A stretch of 64,000 nucleotides of DNA from Octopus sinensis. Lineage: Eukaryota. The notes under the pieces are model-generated. The model worked only from the letters and a program-made list of their open reading frames with translations. It had not been told where the DNA came from and did no database searches. Position numbers and translations under genes: made by a program. Below, piece by piece: positions 36,752-49,408 of the stretch; positions within the stretch are counted from its first letter, which is position 1; each line of letters starts with the position of its first letter. The DNA is taken from the NCBI RefSeq assembly GCF_006345805.1, contig NC_043007.1:60574001-60638000 (forward strand). The letters are read 5' to 3'.

Positions 36752-38210
36752 ACTACACCCCCACTCTCTTCCATTGTTACCACGATTGCCTTTGAACTAG
36801 TTGACTCAACTACCTTCATATTCATCACTACCAAACTACACGTTAATCTACTTATTTTACCCATTTCTCCTTTCCTATCTTCCCTACTAGGTTTACAGCT
36901 TTAAGCATCCAGGTCCTCTCACTCCCAAATACTGCAAGGAGTTTTGTCCAACACTGTAATGATTCTACTGATCTACTGTGCTATGTCTTGCCATGACAAA
37001 TCTCCCATTCAGCACATCTAATATGATTGAATCACTTGTAAACAACCACTTCTTACAATACATTAACCATTTAGTGTTTAAACTGGCTGTATCTGGCCCA
37101 AATATTCCAACCATTTTATGCTCAAACTGGCCAGAACCAGCATCTCACACCTACCCTGCAATGTCATTCTAAAAATAAACAATTGCATTTTTCAAATTTT
37201 GAAGTTACAAGATAATACCAGATTAATTTTTTAAAATGTGAATGAATAAGGATTACTGTTGACATATTAATCTGAACGCTAAAGGGTTAAATATCTCTCT
37301 TACAAACAGCTACAGAATCTTACTGTATCATTTTGCTTTGATTATTTTACTCTTTCTCCCTAGCAGTCACAGAGATGAAACTAAACTACTAACATACACA
37401 ATGAACCAAAGAACCAGAGATAAATATATTACTCTATTGACAAACAAACTGTGTACACACAAACTCAAAGTTGTATATATCATATTTATTGTAACAACTC
37501 ATGCTGGTGGCATATAAAAGCACCCACTATACTCTTGGAGTGGTTGGCATTAGCAAGGGCATCCAGCTGTAGAAACTTTGCCAGATCAGATTGGAGCCTG
37601 GTGCAGCCTTCTGGCTCACCAGTCCTCAGTCAAACCATCCATGCCAGCATAGAAAGTGGACGTTAAATGATGATGATGGTGATAAATATTATAATCAACT
37701 TAATAAATGATCATATAAATAATCAAGCAAATATTGTTCTTTGTTCTTTTCTCTGATACATCTTCACATTAAACTCCATCATTATAACTGTATCATAAAA
37801 CTTCATTCTGTTTGATGATTTGCTGACATTTTTAGCCTGTTACATTTCTCCTGTACATTATTGCATTAAATTTTGTCTATATAACTGGTGACTGTCTTTA
37901 CATTTGGTGACCTTTGACTAAAACACCACATGCCTTCATTAAACTTCATCCTCACGTTAAACTCTGTTATTACATGTTTTTCACTCCCATTAACAACCAC
38001 CTTAAAGGTTTTACATCAAGTCAGATCCATAAGAGACCATCCCTTCTATTTACTCGCAGCTGCTTTCTATTGAGAACTTTGGCAAAAAATAATGTTTTCT
38101 TTACTTGAATGTATGAACTTTATGACCCTATTTAAATGTGATCACTAAATGTGTTTATATCAAAATGATAAATTTCCTTGTGAATTTTGTTTATTTCTGT
38201 AGAATACATA

Positions 38211-38246
38211 ATGGATCTTAGCAAGAAAGATACATTAATCCAGTGG
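38211..38246 (+). CDS. NUMA1: NuMA-like coding exon 1 (MDLSKKDTLIQW)
   Basis: Acceptor tttctgtAG at 38202, ATG at 38211, donor TGG|GTGAGT; phase 0. Confidence 0.8.
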
Positions 38247-39994
38247 GTGAGTAGACTTTATGATTATGCTTATTTTAATATCTGTTATTGAAAAGATGCC
38301 ATAGCAGTTAAAATGCTATACTCATGTTATCATCATCAGTTAATGTCCATAACCCATGCTAGCATGGAAAGCGGACGTTAAATGATGATGATGATGATGA
38401 TTCCATGTTGGCATGGGTTGACAAGTTCCAATAGTCCAAGGACTGCATCCTGCTCCAGTGTTTGTTTTGGCATGGTTTATATGGCTGGATGCCCTTCCTA
38501 ACACCAACCACTTTACAGCATATACTGGATGTTTTTTTTTTTTTTTATCTTTTTGTGCCACCAGCACTAGTGAGGTGCTGCAGCTTGCAGGGCAGATCGG
38601 TTTTGTTGGATGAGTTATTTTATAGCAGGATGCCTCTTCTGTTAACTTCTCAACTGTGAAGAAACCAAACCAGTTGTAAATCTAACAAGCTGGACAATCA
38701 TGGCCATACATGTTTTACATGAATACCTGGAAATGAACAACCCTGCTTACATGACAATGGTGCTTGTTTATAGTTAGCACAAGCTGTCAAGACAAGGAGA
38801 CATGACATACACACACATGCTAAGCTTCTTTCAGTCTCCACCTAGCAAATCCACTCACAAGGCTTTGGTCAGCCTGGGGCTATGGTGGAAAGCTTTTACC
38901 CAAGGTGCTGTGCAGTTCACAGTCAGTGAACATTAAATAGATGCAACTTGACTTTCTCTTCATACACAAAAACATGGAGATTGTCTTGACATGTTTCATG
39001 GTTTGTTGACAGCTTATTCCTCTGCTCACAAAGAGGTCTTATCACAAATAGCTTTTTTAAATTAAACACAAATTATAACTTAGTTGTAAGGATTTAATTT
39101 TCATACTAAATAATTAATATTTACACACAACATTGCATGGTTTAGAAAACCTAAGATACAATTAAAGTATTTAAACTGCAGTTTTTAAGCTGTTATTCTT
39201 TTCATACACATCAAAATGTAGGCATGTGTTCCAATGGATTTCACAGTTTGTTTACAATTCATCAGAGAAGTATTCACCTCATTTCTTTTCTGACAAAGGG
39301 ATCTTTTCACAAATAGCTATTTAAATTAAGCATACCATTTTTATGCTCATGATATGTTATAGACATTCTTGCAAAGCTAGTTTTTTTTTTACAATTACAT
39401 ATCTGTTTTGGTATCTAGCCCTAAAAACTATGCCAAAACAAACACTGAAGCCTGGTGCAGATTTCTGCCTAGCCAGCTCCTGTCAGACTATCCATGTGTG
39501 ACACCTTGAGTGAGTGCCTTCTACTATAGCTTCAGGCCAATGAAATCCTTTTGAGTGGATTTGGTTGACAGAAACTAAAGGAGGCCTGTCATGTGTGTGT
39601 GTGTGTGTATATATCATCATCATCATCATCGTTTAACGTCCGTTTTCCATGCCAGCATGGGTTGGATGGTCCGACTGGGTTCTGGGAAGCCAGGAGGCTG
39701 CGCCAGGCTCCAGTCTGATCTGGCAGTGTTTCTACAGCTGGATGCCCTTCCTAACGCCAACCACTTCATGAGTGTAGTGGGTGCTTTTTACATGCCACTG
39801 GCACAGGGGCTAGAGGAGGCTGGCAAACAGCTACAATTGGTTGGTGATTTTTATGTGTCACCAACACGGATGCCAGTCAGGTGGCGCTGGCATCAGCCAC
39901 ATTCGGATGGTGCTTTTTACGTGCCACCGGTACAGGTATCTTAACTCTAATTTCCATTTGATTTTTATTTTCATGTTGGTGTTGACGTACTTGA

Positions 39995-40068
<74 letters not shown>

Positions 40069-43000
40069 CTTTTTATCACTACCACTACTGCTTGGTGTAT
40101 TTACATCCCTGTAACTTAATGGTTCAGAAAAATAGATTGATAGAATAAGTTCTGGGCTTTATAAAAATAAGTATTGAGGCGATACATTCGACTAAAAATT
40201 CTTCAAAGTGCTTCAGGTAAATGGCCCTGCTCAATATGTAGAAAAGGTGTAGGTAGAAACTCCATAAGATGCACCCAGTGTAAGCTTTGGACACATAAAA
40301 GGTGCAGCAAAATCAGAGGAAGGTTAAGAGGGGAAACTAGCTTTTGTATGTGGAAGATGCACAGGTACAATAAATGCTGAAAATGTGCAGAAAATTGACT
40401 CCATCAACTGCCAGCAGGGCAAACTAGAGGTAGTAGATAGCTTCCGTTATCTAGGTGACCAAGTTAGTAGTGGAAGTAGATGCTCTAAGAGTGTAGCTGT
40501 AAGAATAAGATTAGGCTGGGCAAATTTCAGAGAGCTCCTAAACCTGCTGGCAACAAAGGGCCTCTCTTTCAGAGTGAAAGACAAATTATTTGATGTCTGT
40601 GTACAATCAGCTATACTGCTTGGCAGTGAAACATGGGCTGACAACCAAGGACATGCGTAGGCTTGAAAGAAATGAAGCTGGTATGCTTTGCTGGATGTGC
40701 AAAGTCAGTGTGCATGTTTGACATAGCATAAGCATCTTGAGAGAAAAGTTAGACATAAGAGGCATCAGATGTGATGTGCAAGAGAGATGACTGGTCATGT
40801 GATGCGTATGGACGAGGTCAGCTGTGTAAAGAAGTGTCTATCTCTATGGAGGGAACCTGTGGTAGAGGTAGACCCAGGAAGACCTGGAACGAGGTGGTGA
40901 AGCACTATCTTCAAACTTTGAGCTTCACAGAGGCAATGACTAATGACCAAGACTTTTGGTAAGGTGCTGTACTTGAGAGGACCCGTCAAGCCAAATGTAC
41001 CCGTGCTGGTAGCATGTAAAGAACACCTTCCAAGCGTTGGGCCTCATGGAGGCAAAGTGGTCGGGTTCCTTTCAAGTGGTAGGTTTCACAGAGGCAAAGT
41101 GGCTGAGTTCCTTTCAAGCGGTGGGCCTCACGGAGGCAAAGTGGCTGAGTTCCTTTCGAGTGTTGGGTCTTATGGAGGCAGTGACAGAGACCTTTGGCAT
41201 TGCATTGTGCATGAGAAAACCCTTCAAGCCAAGCAAAATCAGTCAAGGCAAATACCGGTGTCGCACAAATTGGCACACATGCTGGTGGCATGTAAAACCA
41301 CCCCGGTGTCATGTAAATTGGCACTCGTGCTGGTGGCATGTAAAAGCACCCTGGTGTCACACAAATGGCACTGTACTGGTGGCATGTAAAAGCACCCATT
41401 ACACTCTTGGAGTGGTTGGCATTAGGAAGGGCATCCAACCATAGAAAACCATGCCAAATATAGACTGCAGCTTTCCAGCATGCCAACCCAGTGAAATGAT
41501 GATGATGATGAATATGTCTCCTTAAATGACACTAGCTTACTAGGAGATCTCCTTGGATTGGATATTAAATCTCTAAATTATACTGTCATTTGTCTTACAC
41601 GATTTTGAGGTATTGCAGAGTTTAGATATATTCATCATCATCATCATCATCATTTAGCGTCCGTTTTCCATGCTAGCATGGGTTGGACAGTTCAACTGGG
41701 GTCTGTGAAGCTGGAAGGCTTCATCAGGCCCAGTCAGATCTGGCAGTGTTTCTACGGCTGGATGCCCTTCCTAACGCCAACCACTCCGTGAGTGTAGTGG
41801 GTACTTTTTACGTGCCACCCGCACAGGTGCCAGACAGGTGCCGCACGGGGGCCAGGCGAGGCTGGCAACGGACACGAACAGATGGTGCTTTTACATGCCA
41901 CCAACACGGGGGCCAGACAGAGTTGGCAAACGGCCACGAAACGGATGGTGCTTTTACGTGTCACCGGCACGGAGGCCAGGTGAGGCTGGCATCGGACACA
42001 AACGGATGGTGCTTTTACGTGCCACCGACACGGGGGGCCAGACAGAGCTGGCAAATGGACACGAACGGATGGTGCTTTTACGTGCCACCGACACGGGGGC
42101 CAGACAGAGCTGGCAAATGCCCACAAATGGATGGTGCTTTTACGTGTCACCTGCACGGGGGCCAGGCGAGGCTGGCAACGGACACGAACGGATGGTGCTT
42201 TTACGTGCCACCGACACGGAGGCTAGACGGGGCGGCGCCGGCAACGATCACGATCGGATGGTTCACTTAACCACAGCTGCAATTCCCACTGATGTTGATC
42301 GACCTCAATTTGGTTCTGCTTTCTGATATATGAATTGATTTGGTTTGATTTTGACTGTTCTCACTGGTCTTGCCGGGTTTTCTCACGCACAGCATACTTC
42401 CAAAGGTCTCGGTCTCTGGTCATTTCCTTGGTGAGACCTAAAGTTCGAAGGTCGTGCTTCACCACCTCGACCTCAATATTATTAAAAGAATTTAATCTCA
42501 TGTACATCTTTAGAAATTAACTTTCACTCTTCCTTTCCAGCTGAACAAATTAAACCCTCACCTTGTCATAGAATCACTCTATGATTTGAGAGAAGGGGAG
42601 CAGTTTGTTGCTTTATTGAACAAGATGTAAGTACTTTTTATTAATATAGTTTTTCATTTGTTTATTTATATAAACAGATCTATCATCATACAAAAAAAAA
42701 TATTTATAATAAATTGTATTTTTTAATATTTTTCCTTATGTTAAATTTAACTGCTTCATTATTACTAATTACTTAGCCATGAAACAAGAGTGGTACTTGT
42801 CAGGCAAACAAACTGAGGCAGAGTTATGTACCTTGCACAGAAATACTTGAAGCACTTTGTTCTTAAGCAGTCTAGCGTGCCTGTCTGTAATTAGATATTA
42901 CAGAGGAGGAACAAGTTGCCACTAAGTCATTGTTGTATTTAAAAGTTATAGTATTATTGACTTGTAGCACTAAGTTCAACTCACCATGCAGAACTGGAGA

Positions 43001-46000
43001 AGGCTTTAGAAGGCTCTGGTTCTTATTACATGTTGTATATATAATCCTTTCTACTAAAGGCACAAGGCCTGAAATTTGGTGGGAGGAGGCCAGTCGATTA
43101 GAATGACCCCAGTACGCAACTGGTATTTAATTTGTTGACTCTAAAAGGATGAAAAGCAATGTTGACCTCAGCAGAATTTGAACTCAGAACGTAGCGATGG
43201 GCAAAATACTGCTAAGTATTTCGTAAAGCATGCTAACGCTTCTGACAGGTTGTATATATAATAGGTAATTCTGGTTCAACCATAGTACATTAAACATATA
43301 TTTTTTCTTTCAGTCAGTTATTGCTTTCAGAAGATTTCAAAGTTGATGAAAATAAAGATAAGCTAACAGTGCTTTATTCTAAAATATAATCCATACTTGT
43401 TCTTATTTCTTTCTTTTTTTTATATATATAGAAAAGACCATTCTTATGATGCGAACACAAAGAAAGAACGTTTTGAAATTATACAAAAGTTTATTGAGGG
43501 TATGTTTTATGATATTATTACTTCATTGTTGTTCTAGTTTGTTTTCTTTGTATGCACATCAGTGAAGAAACTGAAGAAAAAGTGGTAAAAATGAACATAA
43601 TGAGATTTAGCATTTAAACCAGCCATATCAGGCCAAATATTTTATGTTCAAACTGGCCAGATTTAGCCTCTTACACCTATCCTACAATGTAATTCTACAA
43701 TGAACAATCACATCATCAAAATTTCAAAGCTACAAGATAATGCATGATTTATTCAAAATAATGTGAATAAATAAGCATTACAGTTGACAAAGTAATCTGA
43801 ATGTTAAAAGGTTTGAATGCCTTTAGTTAATAATGTTAAATGGTAATCTTTTAATTCTTCCTTTACATTTTAACTCTTGCTAGCATAACTAAGAAATTAT
43901 AAATCTTTTTCCTAGATAACTATCATCATAGTCTTATTGAACAAGTCAATTTGGACAGAGATAATGAACTGGATCTTGCCAAGGTAGGTTGTGTACAGAT
44001 GTCATTTTTGTTCGTATTGTGTGTATGTATGTTTTTTGTCCAAATGTGTGATTTAAAATGACAACTTTAATGTATTATTTTATTTGCTTAACAAGAACAT
44101 TCCAACTGATAATTTTTTATCCTCAGGAATTGTCTTTGTAGTTTATTCAAATAATGTCCCTTCTCAATTCCTCTCCATTATGGGTTTTTTGCCATCAACA
44201 TTCAATATGTTTGTATATTCACCATGCTGGATTCCTTTTTGTTTCTTAATTATTGTCTCATATTGGTATGATTTGTTTTGAATTTGAATCAGTTCCCAAT
44301 AAATGAAACCATATCATACTGTAAATATTGATTTTTATCCAATGATGAACATTTACTCCCCATGAGCCAAGAAAGGATGAATGTGGCTGGGTGTGAGGAA
44401 TAATTGAAATGAATGTGGAAGAAAAGGTCTGATGTTGGTGGAAGATGATATAGTGGGAAGGGCAAAATGAAGGAAACTGTCGCAGGGCCTACAAAGCTAA
44501 CCCTTGTCTTAACCAGAAAAAAAAGAAATGACCTTAACCCTGTTGATACCGATCTGCCTGAGACTGCCTTTGGTTCTACAATACAAACTTCCTGTTCTGA
44601 TGTGATCTAAATTCAAATCTTCCATCAAAATTTCATGCTAATTTACATTCCAAACACTATCTTAATAATGATGACAAAGTTATTTTACTTAAGTCTTCTT
44701 CATTTTCAAAATTAATTGTAACAAAAGCAATGGAAAAGTGTTAAAATGCTTTTATATTATATTTTGTTTACTTTCAATTTGACAATGATGATTTCGGTTT
44801 TCACCAATAGATTTTGAGGTATTCATCCCACTTTTCTTTGTTTTTTTTTTCTATCTTTCTATCTCTCTGTCTATTTATTTATTGAATGCTGTTAAATCAA
44901 AGTTGATTGTATTCTCTAATTGGTTTCTTTTAGATTGCTGTACTTATATTGGCAGTTGGGGTGGAAGGGGAAACCCGGGAAGTCTTCATGAATGCAGCTC
45001 TCTCATTGAATGAGCGGTCACAGTTAGAGATAATGGGCATCTTGAAAGAAATTTTGAATGTTGTTTCATCTGATCTTCATGTTGTTTCATCTGATCTTCA
45101 TTTAGATAATATCCTAATAAATAAATCTTGTAAGTAATTATACCTTTCACATTTTTAGCTCAAGTTCTATAGTTTGTACAGTATCTTCCATCATAACAAT
45201 TCTTAATCTAGACTTAGTCCATTCTTCTACTTTGATGGAATGGCCAGGAACTCAGAAAGGATTTCCATGACTACATGACAAGAAATAATAACGAAGATTT
45301 GTAAATATCTAATTTCCAACATATCTATCAGCTTCTTTAATTTTCTTTATTACAGATGCACATTTCTTAGTACAACACATAGAACATTGAATTTCATGTA
45401 AACTTCCTGTAGTTGCTGTTTCCTGCATATTCTGTCTATAATATTGTTGTTGGGACTGTAATAACTTTAATTCCCAAATAAGCTGATCCATCTGTACATT
45501 GTTAAAGTTTTCAGAGCCTCATAACTAACCTTTAGCTGTATTCTTAGTGTGTTACAATTGAGTTGTAGATATGCTGTTCACTTGTTTAACCCTTCAGTAT
45601 TCAGCTCTGTTTTATCCTCAAACTGGCCAGCTCTGGCCTATCACACTTACCTTACAATATTATTCTAAAAATAAACAATCACATCACTAAAATCTCAAAG
45701 CTACAAGGTAATGTGTGATTAATTCAAAATTAATGTGAATAAATAAACATTACATTTGACAGAGAAATCTGAATGCTATTGGGTTAAACATGTATAAAAA
45801 TGTTGAGAAGAAGATAATAAGGCTATATAGAAATAACACTGCCATTCACAATGTATTATTTCTTGTAAACTCATTGTAGTTCAAAATTTGGTGTCTAGAC
45901 TGCATGTAATAGAAATTGATAAGTTACATACACTAGGAAGCTTCAGTGCACTCACTTTGCCTACTAGCAATAATATCCAACTCTCTCTTAAATCACATCG

Positions 46001-49000
46001 CATTTGCTTAAAGCCATCACATTCGATGATATAATTTTAGATTACACTACACCTAACTAAAAGACATTGATTATGGAATGCTTTTGCTCACAGATCAACT
46101 TGACCAGTTTTGATCTAGGGTTACAGTACTATCAAATGTGTAATTTTATGTTTGGATGGAATATATAAGGATAAAAGCATTCCTTGTGTTCTTGACCCAT
46201 GTTATGCATACTTAAATCAGATCACTTTCAATTGAGACAGAAACTAATTATTGGTGATACAGATTTATATCACTATGTCATGATTTCTTGCTAATTGGCC
46301 AATTAAAATTTTCCAGTGGAAGCCTATGATTTAGAGAATTCTTCTGAAAATAGTTTTCAAGAGAATAAGTCTTCTGAAAAATCTCCATCAGGTTAGTTTA
46401 CAATTTATTTTATAATTTTGTTATATATCAATGTGTGCTCTTAATAATAACAAAGTCAGTACAGGAAATAACGGTATTTCTGTAATCAGTGTGTCCTGCT
46501 AGTGATATTATAGTCGTCATTTAAAATCCACTTTTCCATACTTGTATGGGTCAGATAGAATTTGTTGAGATAGATTTTCTATGAATGAATGCCCCATCTG
46601 TTGCCAATCCTCGCCTGTTTCTAGGCAAGGTAATATTTTCCCATAGCTAAGCACAGTTTTCATGGAAGATTGGAAATAAGCAACCTCACTTGTATGATGA
46701 TGATGCTCATTTATAACTATCAAGTGTTGTCTAAATAAGGGTACATATGCACATTGACACACTCAAACGTGCACTCACACATATGCACACTCACACACAT
46801 ACATACTTGTACACACTAACACACCCACACATATACACACAACAGGCTTCTTTCAGTTCCTTGCCTCTATATCTATTCACAAGGTTTCAGCTAGTCTAGG
46901 GTAGAAGACACCTCCTTAGGTTGTCATGTTTGTATATACACATACATGCATGTATACACATACATATAAAAATATTTTTATATTCAGCTTCTTTTGTAGA
47001 AGAGCTGCCCACTGACAAGCCTCCAAATACCAATTCCCTGAATGACATCCTCTCACCATTCCAGAGGATAAATGTGAATTATTCAACACCCTCAACACCA
47101 CTTCACACATTAATTACATCATCAGGCTTCAATGGAAGGGTAAGTCTTCCTTAAGATTTGATTATTTTTATTTCGTCTTTTATTCTTTTATGTCCTTCAT
47201 TATTTGCTCAGTAAAAATGTCTCTGTCATAAGTATTTGAGACAATCATTTGACTGTGACCATGCTGGGGCACTGCCTTGAAAGGTTTTAGTTGAACAAAC
47301 CGACCCCAGATCTTATTTTTTTAAGCTTGGTACTTATTCTGTCAGTTTCTTTTGCTGAACTGTTTATGTCACAGGGACATAAACACCAATATCAGTTATC
47401 ACATGGTGATGGGGAACTCACACACATACATAATGGGTTTCGTTCAGTTTCTGTTTACCAAATCCACTCACAACACACCTGCTATCTCTAGGTCAGTTGT
47501 GTGTAGATAAGTATCTTGTTAGAAGGCAAACCGCCCAAAGCCGCCCGTATTTACCTATTCATATTTAAATGAGAATATCAGAGCAAATCTCTTTAGTACA
47601 TTCGTGAAAACACGTGATTATACTTCGTAAACAGTTAATCTACAGTTTTGTACAACGATCGAAGTGTAATTTTAATTCCCTGAATTTTGGGAGATTTTTT
47701 TCCTCATTTTTTTCGGCATCGATTTTTCTTCAACTTTGAAGATGGATAGGAGTTTCATGTTATCAAGCATTGATTCCGAATTGGAAAATTTGTGAAGCAA
47801 ATACTGGGTACTGTTGTGGATTTAGTTTTTATACAGGGAAACTAATGTTAGTCAGCATGGCTTAGGGTATGATGTGGTCTGGAAGTTATTGTTTGAAGCG
47901 ATCAAAGCAGAAACAAACTTACGCAGAATGTAAACAAACACAAAATGGGGGTTCAAATTTCGGAAAATTTGTGAAGCGAATACTGGGTACTGTGTGGATT
48001 TAGTTTTTATACAGGGAAAATAATGTTAGTCAGCATGGCCTAGGGAACGATGTGGTCTGGAATTTATCACTTCCATACCATAACCAGGGCCATATATTAT
48101 TTTTTGACCGATTTCTTTAGTTCGGCCAAACTTGCGGTGGATTCCAGTATTTCACTTTATTCCACCTTTATGGTACACCTGTTGTGCATTAAATTCAACT
48201 GATGATATAGTGATGTGCACAATTCTTCTTTATCAAAATTTTGTTGCATACCCATTTGAATATTAGCTGATGATTCATTTTCTATGGTGATGTTTAAACA
48301 AAATTTTAATATTTTTACCTTTTGCTCAATTTACCTGTAATTAAAGTCACTTTGAGACAAAAGTTATGCAATAGAATTGATTAAGAACCCTTTCTTTAAT
48401 TATGTTCCAAATATCACATTAATATGTTAAGTAAAAAAGTTACAGTTATTTAATGAAACAAGCCTAGATTCATGATTATTTCAGAATTTAATTGAAACTC
48501 ATGAGGGGTGTATTTTGGTCAGAAATATAGTAACGAAAGGGTTAAGTACTATTGGGTTGATGGAGGAATAGAAACTAGAAATGTCAAACTGGATAAACTT
48601 AGTGCCTCTCTTATTAGTAATAGAACTAAACCAGTCGATGACTTGGAATGAATTGGACCATAAACTAAGCTTTAATTTTTTAACTAAGGTAAGAACATAT
48701 TTATCTAGAATGTTTTTACTAAGTACACCAATGTCAGAGCTAGAAGGACAGATAAGTCCTAAGGATGGGTTATTAAAAAAATTTTGTTGATGATCTTTCA
48801 AAATAAAACGAGGTTGCTTAGGATCAAGTGCTTCTGTCTTCATCTGTAAGTTATACCTCTCATAATTTTCTTAGCCTCAAGGTTGGCTTTCCTGGGTACA
48901 CTTTTATCGGTAATCCTATAGTTTTTTGGAATTTCTTTTTTAAGCAGTTCCAAATAATAGTCCTTCATTTTCAAGGCTGAAATCTCCACTTCTGAATTTT

Positions 49001-49377
49001 GCAAACCATCTTCTGCAAGTTCTTTCATTCAAGCATTCTTTTCCATAAACTAAATGTATGTTTCGAGTTGCTTCAGCTGCAGAGTTTCCTTTTTTGTACT
49101 CATAAAGCATTGTGTGCCTCAAATGCTCTTTGGATACTTCCATGTTAGAAAGGGTTTTAATCAAAGAAATTTTAATTCTATTATTCTGTAAAATAATATT
49201 TAATTAGTTTAAATGTACACAAATGCTTAAAAATGATTTTTTAATTCCATTAGACATTCTAAAATATTAAATTTCATTCAGTTATAAAAAAAAAAAGGTA
49301 AAATCGAACAGAACTTATGGGATGACCTGACATATATGTATGTGTATATGTATGTATGTGTATATGTATGTATATAT

Positions 49378-49408
<31 letters not shown>

